A stretch of DNA of 63,759 nt, filler included, from Reticulomyxa filosa (lineage: Eukaryota; Protista; Foraminifera), in the NCBI GenBank assembly GCA_000512085.1. It is 15 parts of 15 records of this genome, joined end to end, with 100 filler letters (N's around TTAATTAATTAA, not from the genome) between each part and the next. Parts side by side here need not be neighbours in the genome. Positions count along the whole stretch, not along the records: positions 38,340 to 41,156 come from ASPP01004825.1; positions 41,257 to 47,874 come from ASPP01018752.1; positions 47,975 to 50,166 come from ASPP01018819.1; positions 50,267 to 53,892 come from ASPP01005260.1; 11 more parts are not named here. One strand, written 5' to 3'. The first letter of the stretch is position 1, and the number at the start of each line of letters is the position of its first letter. Positions 38,240 through 50,761 of this stretch are shown here, piece by piece. The notes beneath the pieces were generated by a model that worked only from the letters and a program-made list of their open reading frames with translations, was not told where the DNA came from and did not search any database. Made by a program: the position numbers and the translations under genes.

Positions 38240-38599
38240 NNNNNNNNNNNNNNNNNNNNNNNNNNNNNNNNNNNNNNNNNNNNTTAATTAATTAANNNNN
38301 NNNNNNNNNNNNNNNNNNNNNNNNNNNNNNNNNNNNNNNAAATCCATTGTTCTAATTATGTGTATACACAACATATTCAAAATTTGACTCAACAAAAACA
38401 TTTCAAAAAATAAAAAGGTGAAAAATTAGTAACTTTGAAAGTAATCAAAGTTTCTATAGAACACCAAATTACACAAACTCGAATTTCTTTATGTCGGTGC
38501 ATCATATAGCAGCAAATGAAAAACAGATATAAGAATATATACAAAAAATTTTTTGTTTGAATATACGTATAAACAAAAACACATATGCCAAAAAACTTG

Positions 38600-38912
38600 A
38601 AATAAAATTTCTTCGCAATTACATCTTTGATTCTTTGGCAATGATAGTCCACCTTTTAAATTGGCGGAAATATATTTCAACTAGATTCCAAAATCTTCCG
38701 CTGATGTAAGCGCGCAGTGGATAGCAACGATATAATCATTCAAAGCAATCCTTTTTGCCGTATTTGATCAACTGTTTGATACTTGTCAAAAAAATAGCTT
38801 TAAAAGATTTCTTCGTAACCGAGATTATGAACTACAAACACATTCATATCCTTTGCTCCACATGAGAAAATCTTAAAATTTACGTATAAGTCTTTTCTAA
38901 CATTACTATCAG
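38600..38912 (-). pseudogene. Degenerate gene fragment paralogous to 40330-40550
   Basis: YVNFKIFSCGAKDMN..GYEEIF*SYFL aligns with FVNFKTFSRGEKDIN..DYERIFGNYFL. Confidence 0.45.
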
Positions 38913-39652
38913 TGGGCCACCCCTAGATCAAATAAAATAAGGTGAACGAAAACATCAATTTTTGCTATAATTACTTACAAAATACTGATTTGTTAAATTA
39001 CAAAAAAAATTTGTAAAAATGATCTATTTTACTTTCAATTTTATTTATTCACTATTTTTTATTGTTTTTTTCTGTTTTTTGCTGTTTCTAAAGGGATTTT
39101 AAAAAAACTAAATATTTGAAGTAAATTAATGTCATTGTTGAAAAAAAGCAATTTTTTGTAATCTTTGATTAATTTAACAACAAATCAAAAATAAGAAATA
39201 GAGCGATTATTATTTTTGAGCTATTTAAATATACATTGAATTAAATATCATATAATCTGAGCTTTTGGAAAACTCAGAAATTGCTACGTTTTGCTTTAAG
39301 CATCTTTATTCTACTGCACAGCAGTCACTCTTGCAAGTATTGTTTTTACTTTTACATGTTGATTGAGTGAAGAGGTTTGAGTTCTAACAAAGATGTTGTG
39401 TTAGTTGTTTTTTTTTTGGTAATATATAATATATAATTGCATAACCTCTTAGACACGGAAACGTCTTTTTCAATTGATAACATCAAAAACAGAAAAACTG
39501 TTGCTCTTTCATATGGAAATCAATTTTTTTAAAACATTATCGAAAAAGCATTTGGAAAAATATGCTACTTAATCGAAATGGTTTGACTGTATTTCAAATT
39601 GCTGTTGATACTCACAATTGGAAAATATGACTTCTTTTCAGAAGAAACCATC

Positions 39653-39925
39653 CAGTGGAATGAACAAATTGGAAGTTGATAATATCGTGTTGATTGATGG
39701 ATTTACTCGTATTCCAAAAAAAATATGGAAATTGATTAAAAAAGTACTTCAACGGAAAAGAACCTTGCACAATCGTTAATACTGATGAAGCCTCTGCGTA
39801 TAGCGCAGCTATTCAAGCTGCAATTTTGGTGATGATAGTGATGTGTTGTCATTGGGAATTGAAACTGTAGATGTTATGATAAATAAGAAAAGAGACAACA
39901 ATTTATTAGCAAAATTTGAATTGAT
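39653..39925 (+). pseudogene. Hsp70 pseudogene fragment
   Basis: [51 protein letters not shown] and DNNLLAKFEL are decayed Hsp70 signatures with frameshifts and deletions. Confidence 0.85.
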
Positions 39926-42900
39926 AAATGTTTCTCGAATTGGATGGAAATGATAAGAATTACAAATTAAACACCAAAAATATTCAAATTTATTGGCAAA
40001 ATGAAAAATTACGTGAGAATGATGACAACCAAATGGTTAACAAGTACAAAGTTGTTTTGTGTATAAACATTCAATGAAATGAAAAATATCACAGCACAAT
40101 CTTACTCTATTGTTCTTTTATGCTGTCCAGTCTTCCATGGTGTCAACATTTGATCCGCCATGTCCATCTCACTTGTTGCGATTTTTTTCTATCTCTGGAA
40201 TACGCAATACTAATACCGTACTTGTTTCGCTATTTCTTTTTTTTTCAGTCTTATTTAATGAATGTGCATATTTTCAAATATTCTTGCGAGTCGCAAAGTT
40301 CTTGTGCAATGCCAAAACTTTTTTGTTATTCATCCTTCAATTTTTCGTGTATTTCGTAATATCTTCTCTTTCTCCAATGCTTTCACTAACTTGTTCCAAG
40401 TTCACCACGTTTGGACAATCGTTTAAAAAATAATTTCCAAAGATTCTTTCATAATCGCAATCATTAATTAACAACTCATTAATATCCTTTTCTCCACGTG
40501 AGAAAGTCTTAAAATTTACGAAACACCTCATTTTTAACAATACTATCATTTTTTTTAGATGGGTTGCAGTGTTGGACTACTACATCGCTTCATCTTCAAC
40601 TTGCAATATTTTTTTGCCCTCTCTCTACCACAAACTCAGGTCTTTCTAGTTAGAAGAGCACCCCGTTCTAAGTAATAGAACACAGTAATCAAAAAAGAAA
40701 CATAAAAATAAAAGAAAAACACACAAAATCTTACAACCGCTAATCTCGAAATGGAGGATAAGATTAGGGCCAAAGAAGCGAAAAAAAAAAAAAATATAAA
40801 TCTATATTATCATTAACGATCGTCGTGAAAAATCGTCAAGATTATCTCGAGATCACTTCAAATAAACTTAGAACAAGTAGATATATCGATATATCTCAAA
40901 ATCGTCGAAAAGTCAAGTCGTTTTTACTATAGTAGTTGGATTTTTGTGGTTTTTAACCTTTTTCACCATTTGGCAACGTTTTTGTTGCAATTCATTTTCG
41001 GGGGGCTATTGTCGTGGAAGTGCTTTAAAACTTACCGCGTATATTGACATCAGTTTCTTTAAGCGTACCGAGGTTCCGAACATATCTGACACTAGTGAAC
41101 TATCACATGCCGGTATGCATGGTGGCATTGGAAATGGAATTGGATATGGTATTGATNNNNNNNNNNNNNNNNNNNNNNNNNNNNNNNNNNNNNNNNNNNN
41201 TTAATTAATTAANNNNNNNNNNNNNNNNNNNNNNNNNNNNNNNNNNNNNNNNNNNNACACTGTAGTTGAAATATAGTTTGACGCCTACATTTAAATGTGA
41301 CCTCATCACGATACAGATTAATGCCATTACCACTTTCATCATGCTTTTGACTCTTTTTTATTTTTTAATCATAAAAACTTAAAATTGCATATTCTGGCAT
41401 CTTCTTTAAAATATCTTTTTATCACATACATTTCTTCTTATTTAATCATCATTCTCGTTATTGTTTTGCAATCACGAAAAATTCACACAAAACACAATAT
41501 AAAATAATTTAGATGTTTTGATGTCTCATATAAATATCGGTCATCATTAAATGTTGAGAGTTCAATTCCAACAACACTTCTAGTGCCAATTGATGAAATT
41601 TGTATTTACTTTCGATATCTAAAAATGAATGATTTTATCGTATAGTGAACAACAAATGACATTACGCTGTCATTGCCATCATTGTTGGTATCTTCTTCAT
41701 TCTCATTCGTAACTCTTGTTTTATTATTGATATTTTCATAATCTTCTTTTTTGAAGTCCTTTGTTAATTTTCGTAGCCAAAGAACTTGCACTTCCAATCA
41801 CTAGTATTACCCATTTTTGTTCTCATTGCTTCATTGGATTCAAACTCTACGTCCTCTTCCTCCTTTTCTTTTTCTTTCTAGCCGTTGTCTTTATCATCTT
41901 CTTGTTCCTTTCTGTTATACGTATTCTTCTTGTCATCTGCTCCTACATGCGGCAAGAAGATACTATCGAAGTCTTTTTGCTAGGAATCGTGGCAAGAATC
42001 AATTCCTTTTTGCACAGCCAACGCTTACGCGTGCCCTTTTCGGTCACTTGGTATGAATTGAACTAATTTAGTATATTGTTTTTTTTTGGCACTAGCTCTA
42101 AACAATAGAAGACAGCAAAATCAGTCTATTGCATATTATCATTTGCAATTAATTCCAGTTATCAGTTTATTCAAGACAAAAGCGAAAACTAGATGAACAA
42201 AATCGATATATTTGCGTATTTTCGATTTCTTTTAGATTTAATATTAAAATTCAGAAATTTTTGCAAGAAATTTAATTGGATTAGAAAGACATCAGGTGAG
42301 CTGGTGTTGAACTTATCATTTAAAAAAAAAAGCACAAACAAATGACAATTCACACAAAACGAAATTTTTTAACCAAAAAACTTGAGGTAAGTTCAAACAC
42401 TTGCGATCAAATATGCCAACAACTTGGCGTTGTTCAAATTTCGCTTCGCACTTGCTTGCTAGCACAGCAACAACTACAGACTTTCCAGATGATCAATAGA
42501 CATGTATTGAATTCTTTAAGATCTGTTATATACGTGTGTGTTGATCATATATGTTTCAACTATTCTCCAATCACATTATAAGAAAATATTATAACTTGGA
42601 ATATAGGCATATAATCACAATGGTCATCAATTCGCTACTTTCAAATTGTCCGATTTTTTTTCAATACATCATGCAACGCATCACATAATATTGACATTCT
42701 TTTTTTTTTCAAATACGCAATTCAAAGAGCAATACCATGATCAATATTTGACGAACGCAGTCATTAAAATCGATATTTGTTGAATGATGAACAAATACAT
42801 TTAATTGGAAAAATAAAGTCATGCGTATTGTATTGTGGCTTCATGATTCAATACATTGGATTCAATAAGCAACAATTCGACTGTGATGCTGCTACTTTGT

Positions 42901-43139
42901 TTACGTTCATGTAACGCAGCAATCGATACTTGCGATAATGTTGAGTTGCTATCGTTGCCATTATTGCTGAGAGCTCATTGCAGCACCATGGCAATGTAAG
43001 TAAACAGCGACAACTTTTCCATTTTCATTTGTATAATTGTAAATATCTATTAAAAATTTCAAGCAACATGTATAAATTTATAATTAATATACGTATAAAG
43101 ATATTATGTTGAATGTGTATATAAAAAAAAAACTTTTCA

Positions 43140-45900
43140 AGCAATTGATCCACATGATTATAGCGCCAGACGATAATAAAGAGGAACAGTCGCAATAACG
43201 TCAAGTCGGCAACAAAGTAAAAATGGTTCGTGTCAAAACTAAGCGAGGTCAGTTTCGTTGAAATTTATCAAATGCGATGAAAGAATCATTTGGAGTTGCT
43301 CAATGGATACAGGAGACCAATGATGGAAAAGTCAATGTTGTGGAAGTTGCCGACGGTGACGATGATAGAATCGACGCAAGAAGCAGCAACACCAAAGTTG
43401 GAGATCGTGTGGGATTGAGTCGGGATCGTAAAGGTGTTTTGATGGATTGTCGTGGCGGCGAGAAATGATAATTGAACTTGATAATTGATAGATCAATAGC
43501 TATGATTAAAGAAATATTTCAAGTTCACAACAACAGCAAAAAAAGACTATACTTACCTTGTATTATCATATTTGTGCGTGTTTCAATACAGTGTAATGAA
43601 AACAATGAATACTTGTTCATCGATGTTACGGGCAAACATAATATTGAGTGAAAATAAAAAAAAAATGCTTGGTCAGCAAAGAATCATTGCATAAAGACCA
43701 GATCGAAAGATTGGATGAAAAACCAATTCAAATAAGAGATCACCATTTGGAAACATCCACTCCTCCGACTTTGCAAAATGCGAGGGACACCTGGCCAGTG
43801 AACGGAAGCAACGACAAAATATCTTTTGGAGATACCAAAAAAAGCAATTGAAGATAAAGAACGAGAAAGCGAGTAAGGAGAAGAAGGAATGAAAATACGG
43901 ACGAAAACGAAAACGAAAACGAAAAGCGGAACATGGACGCAAAAAGCATGGTGGTGAATTTCGTTGACTTGGCTGTCGGTGATCGAATTCGAATCTTGGG
44001 AAGCAAGACATGTGTCAATTTATTTGTTCATTCTTGTCTTGTATTATTCATCTTATTCATTTTAGTGCGCTCCCGGGTATAACTTCGTTGTAGAGAATCT
44101 AGGATCAGTGATATGATTTATTTATTTGTTTTTAGAAAAAATAAAATAAAATAAACCCTTGATTATTGTTGGACTTTGTTTTTGATGTTAGAAAGCAAAC
44201 TGACAACAGCAATGATAACGGTATCAATGATAAAAACGAGACAACGCCACCGCCGCAAGAACAATAACCGAAAATCAAATCCAGGATTGGAGATTACGTG
44301 AAGTTATCTCGAGAGAAAACATGAGTTGTGGAGCACATTGGAGAAACCAATTATCACGAAAGGAGAGACAATCAGTTTGGAGTTGGACAATGCGGGAGAA
44401 AGAAATATTTTGAAACCAACGCAGGTCGTGGTTATTTCACGTAAAGATGCTCCATTTTTCAAGCAGTAATTCCTTTGGTAAACCAATTGGATCCGAAAAC
44501 ATCGGATACGACCTTCAATTTGAAACCATTCAAATCCAGCGATTGCATAATTTTTGCCAATGGAGGGCAACAGGTGTCATCAAATGCATTTGATATCCTC
44601 CTTTTGCTGATAGCAAAGTTATTGGAATTGTGTTAAGTTTTTTTTTTAGAAACAATTTTTTAATATGTAATGTTGTGTCTTTTTTTTAATAGACGTATAA
44701 ACTCCTGGTGCTCATGATGTCGTATATAATCAATACCGATATTTTCAGGTGTGTTTTTGTCTTGAATCAATTAATAGCGACTTGATTTAAATGTAAAATA
44801 TAGTGTCCCAAGGAAGAAGTATTTTCGGCGATTCAATTGATTCCGGAAGTGGCAACCATATCAACAGACGACAACGACGAAAGGGAATGAGCGTAGATTA
44901 ACACGGAAAAAAAGGGGGTTAATCTGACTATTTTTTTTTTTAACGATTTGCAATGCTAAACTTTGAAATTTGGGAAAATAGACAATACGATACATTGAAA
45001 AAGATATAAAGAAGGGACGTATACATCATTGATGAAACGATACCTAGCGGTGACGATGAGCAGTACAATCGAATGAGATACTTCACGTGCAGGTTTGTTA
45101 TTGTTTGTCGATTGCTATTGATATAGAATGTAGAGGAGGCAAATGAACAAAAATGCAATATTTATGTTATCTTTTTTTAAAAAAAGACCTGGACAGCGGT
45201 ATCTTGTGCTGGAATATGGAATCAAAACGGCAATCGACGAAGACGACGTTCCAATACTGTATTTTGGAGACAGTGTGACTTAAGCCGTGGACGTCATGTA
45301 CAAAAAATACATCGAAGGTATTGACGAATGAGAAATAGATATCATCAAGGTCAATGGTGGACCGAATAGGCAATAAACGCCGAAGTTGGAAGAACAATGC
45401 GTTTCAATGTGAAGCAATGGCATAACATAACTTACTCACACTTCAATATTGCAACCAATTTGCTGCCCGAGTTCGACAAGACAGTCTCAAAATGGTACAA
45501 TCGAAGAAAATGACGATAATGCTCTTGAATTGGGTGAAACTATGGAACTAATCAACGGTATGGTGACTACGATCTGTTTTATTGGCACCACGCATTTCGC
45601 AAGAGAGGAGCAGATAGTTGTGGAATTACACAACGGATTGGCAAGGATGATGGTGCGCACAAAGGAATACGTAATTTGCATGTCGACCAAAGCAAGGATT
45701 ATTTGTGAAAAAAGTAAAATGTTGCCGCAACGATGATCCGAATCGCCAATATTTGGGACGACGATGTCCAAACTGTAAAAGCGAGTTTTGAAGTTGCAAC
45801 CCCTACTGGAGCTTACAAATGAGTCGGCATGGTGTGCAAGGCTGTCGTCATCGGAGCAAATCCACCAAACAATGTTGGTTTTTCCAATGTCCAAAATGTG
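43140..45900 (+). pseudogene. Degenerate multi-CAP-Gly gene copy
   Basis: KVGDRVGLSRDRKGV and LELGETMELINGMVTTICFIGTTHFAREEQIVVEL. Many stops. Homologous to contig 26463-29098. Confidence 0.7.
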
Positions 45901-46379
45901 AAAGTCGACTTGTAATTTGGATTGCACATCAAAACTACACTCATCAATGATAATCACAAAGATAATATCCAAGGATTTTACGAGTTTGAACGAATTGAAG
46001 CGGAACTGGGACTCCATCGTACTGATACAAGTTCAAGTAGCAAAACCCACAATCAAGGCATCCAGATCTGTCTTGGCAATGTAAATGGCCAGGAATTCTT
46101 TAAATGCAATTATTTGCAGAGATCGGCCACTCGCCCAACTCAATAACAATGGCAATTTAATCTTTAGAATAGACTTTTCCAAAGAGACAAATGGTTCCAA
46201 TTGTGCCACCTCTTGTTCGAATATGACCTACTATTAAAGTCATCCGATCAATCATCTATGTGCAGAATCGATAGTATTTCCCAGTAAATAATAGAGTTAC
46301 GTTTTCTTCATTAACTGCCAAGTGTTTCTTTCTTTTTGTTATACAGTTTCACCTTACATCGTTGTTTTTCTTGTACGTA

Positions 46380-47860
46380 GTCGGTCGTCTTTGCTACTCC
46401 ACAATTGAAATTCGTCATGCATTACAAGTCTTTAAATTTCGTGTGGATATCTTTTTTGTGAGGGTCCTTTTTGCGTGCAAAATACACATGGTCATAGGAT
46501 AAACCAAATGGTTTTTCGCATATGGTTCCATCTTTTGCGTTTACATCATATTAATCGAGTGCTGATCACAAAAACAAGTTAATTGTAAATAATAATAACA
46601 AGTATACGTATAAACATGTACATATATATTTATTTGTTTGTTTATTTATTATTACGAACAAGAAATGACACAACCAAATGCCAATAATCTAATCAGTGCC
46701 AGTTGCCTATGTGGTTCCAATGAAACGAATAGCTTTCGACGAGATTGGACAGTCAAGTGAAATAACAGGCTATCACATACAATCAAAATAAGTGACTCTA
46801 TTAACGCTGCAGGCAGTTGCATTTGGACCCAATCTGTCCAACTAGACTACAATCAGCAAATATCTGGATGTGCCTTCTGATCGAACAAAAAATCGGCGGT
46901 AAAGTATCTTATTGTTCAAATTGCTGTCGTGTTCATTGAATGCCAATTGCCCAACTGCAATAATATTCACTTGTTATCCGATAAATCTATTTTGCAATAA
47001 AGCGGACCAATACAAATATATATCATTTGATTTGAACATGACGTCCAACTTTGACTTTGACGCGATCTTCATTTGGACTTTTGCTTCTCGATTTAAGTTT
47101 CGACCATAACAAACCAGCAATATCGTCCAATTCTTTTCTCCACTGAGCTGCCGTTGTGTCCGCTTGAATTCACCAATCGATGATCAAACTAGCAATTTCT
47201 TGGGCCAACAAACAACAAACTTTTCACAGTCGTCAAGATGACAGACTCACAAATAAAATATTGACAATGTCGTCTCATTGCCGAGAACGACATCTTTCTT
47301 TGACATTGCGCTAATGCGCATATACAAATAATTTTTTCCATTTTCATCATTTTTTTTCTTTTTTTCCTTTTTAATCTTTTTTTCTTTTTTTCTTTTTCAA
47401 TTAATCTTTTTTCATTTTTTTTTCTTTTTCCAACATTTTTTTGATCTTTTTTTTCATTTTTTAATTTTCTCATTCTTTTTTTTTATTTTTCAATTATCTT
47501 TTTTTTTCATTTTCCTTAAATAAAATTTTTCCCAAATCCCTTTTTTCCAATTTTCTTTCCCAACTTTTTTCCAACTTTTTCCCAATTTTCTTTCCCAACT
47601 TTTTCCCAATCCATTCAAACAAAAACAAACACACAAAAAAAACTTTCATTCGTTCTTGCTCTTGTTTCTATACACACAGTCACAAATTAAAATAATATTT
47701 TTGTTTTTTCAAGAAAAAAACAAAAAAAAACATACATTTTGCTGTGGAGCCAAAAGCTCCAATTACAATCAATCTATTTTTTTTTTCTTTTGTCATGGGG
47801 GATGGGGACACATAGAATTTTTTTTTAATGGGGGCTTGCCTATTTGCAAGCACACAATTA
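46380..47860 (-). pseudogene. Third degenerate copy of the CAP-Gly family, opposite orientation
   Basis: The reverse complement of 47730-47870 matches 26650-26775. KAIRFIGTT*ATGTD*IIG lies near 46680-46740. Confidence 0.55.
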
Positions 47861-47974
47861 TTTGATTAAAAAATNNNNNNNNNNNNNNNNNNNNNNNNNN
47901 NNNNNNNNNNNNNNNNNNTTAATTAATTAANNNNNNNNNNNNNNNNNNNNNNNNNNNNNNNNNNNNNNNNNNNN

Positions 47975-48080
47975 TTTTAAAAAAAAATTAGGTCTAAATG
48001 TTGATTTTTCATTGAGAAAATCAATTATCATCATAATATATGTTTTATGCGTTCAGTTTTCTTTGCAACTTACTGTATAT
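47975..48080 (+). repeat. Diverged copy of the contig-6 inverted-repeat arm
   Basis: taggtctaaatgttgatttttcattgagaaaatcaat compared with taggtctgaatgttgttttttcatgtagaaaatcaat at 33815. Confidence 0.7.
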
Positions 48081-48818
48081 TGTAAAAAATTATAAATAAA
48101 CTAAGAGAATGCAGTATTACTGTATAAAATGACTCATTGAATAACAGTAAACGAAAGATAATATGCAAATCATATTAAATCAACACTAGCTTAACAGCAG
48201 ACATGATAAAGGCACATCATACTGAATATCAATAGACCAGATCAGGTCCGCATGAAATAACCTAACATACATTGTACGAATGAAGAAATAAACAAAATCC
48301 ACATCAACACACAAAGAAGTTCATCTAAAATATAATTAACTCACAGTTATTTGAGAATGTTGTTCTGCACAATTTGGCCTCGCAAAACTTAGAATAGTAT
48401 GCAGAATTATCATTGTTAAGTTATGATTAAACTGCTGCCTGTTCAAGATCAAAATGATATATTTTCAAGGTTGCAACTATTGTAATAAGAAAAAGAAACT
48501 TTATCATTTTCCGATTGAATACTGCACTACGAACTTAGACAAGCATGGCTAGTACATGTCAAAGTACTGTTACTGCATTTTCGCTTCAAGACATCGAAAC
48601 TGAAAAGTTCTTTGACTGGTGGGAACCTAAAACAACAATCAAAGTTGTAAATGAACTTTTAAAATTTGTTGTCTCAGCTTGAAGGAAAAATATATAGTTT
48701 CTACTGAAACATTTACAACAAATTCGACAACTTTTTAAAATGCTGTTACAAAGGAGAAAAACGAAATTAAAGAACACTATCTTACTTCATGCACAATATA
48801 AAACTTTACAAAAAAAAA

Positions 48819-49373
48819 TCAATTAGCAATTGTTTGTACAAAAGAAATTTTAACATGATTTGAAGTGGATTTGAAACAAAAATAATTGACACCCGATTTG
48901 AATATTACCTTGGGAAGACAACAAATACAGCAAATGCAACAAGTAAAAAAACAACACTTCGTACAACCGATCAGCTCCATTGCGTATTTCCATTTTACTT
49001 CCACCTTAATTTGGTTAATTATTGGTTCTGGTGCTCCATTTTCTTTTATGTCATTTTGATCTTTTTGCGTTATCATTTTAAGGAATTTATATTCTACACC
49101 TCTCACTTCATGATTAGATATTTTATCTGCTGTTGTCAACAATGAAGTCACATATTCTTTGTATTCTTTTTTCCCGTGCAAATTATTTCTCGTATAATGC
49201 GCTACTATATCTTCATCCATCAAGTCACACAACCCTGAAACGTTGCTTGGTGAAGAATTGTATTCAAAGTACTTTCGCATTAGATCCATGCATGTTTCTA
49301 CTATTTCTTGTGAATAGTTTTCATCTTCAGTGATTATTATTTCTTTTTCCGCTTCAAGTAGAGGAAGAGGCAT
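48819..49373 (-). CDS. Small NTF2/SnoaL-like protein with a Cys-rich insert
   Basis: KYFEYN...LCDLMDEDIVAH....LHGKKEYKEY resembles the SnoaL pattern. The ORF is intact and intronless. Confidence 0.6.
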   Translation of the reverse strand: MPLPLLEAEKEIIITEDENYSQEIVETCMDLMRKYFEYNSSPSNVSGLCDLMDEDIVAHYTRNNLHGKKEYKEYVTSLLTTADKISNHEVRGVEYKFLKMITQKDQNDIKENGAPEPIINQIKVEVKWKYAMELIGCTKCCFFTCCICCICCLPKVIFKSGVNYFCFKSTSNHVKISFVQTIAN

Positions 49374-49567
49374 TATTTATTTTTTTTTTGAGAAAGGAGA
49401 GCAAGAGAGCTTTTGATAGTCTTCATTTTGTTTCAACGAAAATGATCATATTAAGATACTCTTTACAGCTGAAAAAGATTGATAAAACATTTATTTTAGA
49501 AACAATAACTTGTAAAATTTTGTTCTCTCCTTGTGAAAAAGGGATATTACTTGAACACAAATAAATA

Positions 49568-50058
49568 ATGCCTCAATTACATACAACCGGTGTATTATGG
49601 TCCATTGCGATAACGTTAGCATGGGCGTCAGTGACGATCTCGCCAACAAAGTGGACAAAAGTGGAAGATCTAATGGACGGCTATTGGAACTTTCCTTGTG
49701 ACTCCCCTCCAGCAAACGAGTACCCTTTTTGTAACACATCACTATCATTTGAGGAGCGTTCGCAAGACTATGTGAGTCGATTGAGCGTGGAAGACATGCA
49801 AGGTTTGTCAGGGAACGGTGCGGAATCGGTGCCATCGTTAGGAGTAGCACAATACGAGTGGTGGAGCGAAGCATTGCACGGAGTGGCGTATTCCCCAGGA
49901 GTAGTATTCGGCGGACCATTGCCATACGCTACCATGTTTCCGCAAGTCATTGGTACCGGAGCAACTCTGAACCGCACCCTTTGGCATCTCATTGGCAACG
50001 CCACCGGAGTTGAAGGCCGTATTTTTTTCACAAACGGAAGAGCCGGTCTCACTTTCTG
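49568..50058 (+). CDS. Secreted glycoside hydrolase family 3 beta-xylosidase, first exon
   Basis: Signal peptide, then PFCNTSLSFEER, YEWWSEALHGVA, ATMFPQVI and GLTFW, followed by a GT donor. Confidence 0.93.
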
Positions 50059-50266
50059 GTTCGCCTTTTTTTTTTTTTATGTACCTTTGCAACACTATTG
50101 TGCGTCACGTATACATAACATAACATAACATTACATATTATATTGCTGTTGTAATGTGTATCAATTNNNNNNNNNNNNNNNNNNNNNNNNNNNNNNNNNN
50201 NNNNNNNNNNTTAATTAATTAANNNNNNNNNNNNNNNNNNNNNNNNNNNNNNNNNNNNNNNNNNNN

Positions 50267-50326
50267 ATGATTTTTTGAAATGATTTTTAAAAATTTCGAA
50301 GGACTTCATATAAATTGAACCTGTAT
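50267..50326 (-). repeat. Terminal 60 bp of the TA-CAGG repeat element
   Basis: Exact reverse complement of 33002-33061. Confidence 0.85.
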
Positions 50327-50761
50327 GTTAATACATTTCAATTTATTAGCATGACACATTACTATTATTATTTTGTAAATGGACAGAACTAAGTCGAAAA
50401 TTTGCATGTTGAATTTTCACATTGTTTCCAAATACTCAATATTTTGTTGTTATCCTTTCTCATTCAAATCGGTGTCCTTTTGCAAAATTGTTTGTCTGAT
50501 CGTTTTCTTTCTTCGTCAAAATATCGGCAAAAAAACATTTTAAAGTTGTTTTGATTATTTTAATTTTTCTTGCACAATTTTTTTTAGACAAAAGTGAAAT
50601 GTTTATTATATGACATTTAAAAAATGCGATTATGATCTGTAGTTTATTGTTCCTTTTTCAACTGTACAAAACAATTTTAAAGCGGATTCTATTTACATTG
50701 AAACTAATCGTCGACCAAAAAAAAAATTGCGTAATTCATCTTCAATAAAACAGTAAAAAAA

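Noticed and set aside
37481-38295. + strand ORFs rich in CECDC, ASAS or LCLC (metallothionein-like look)
   Set aside because: They are antisense to the RS/KH-rich minus-strand frame.
40879-40896. 18-bp palindrome agatatatcgatatatct
   Set aside because: It is low-complexity AT sequence and plausible by chance.
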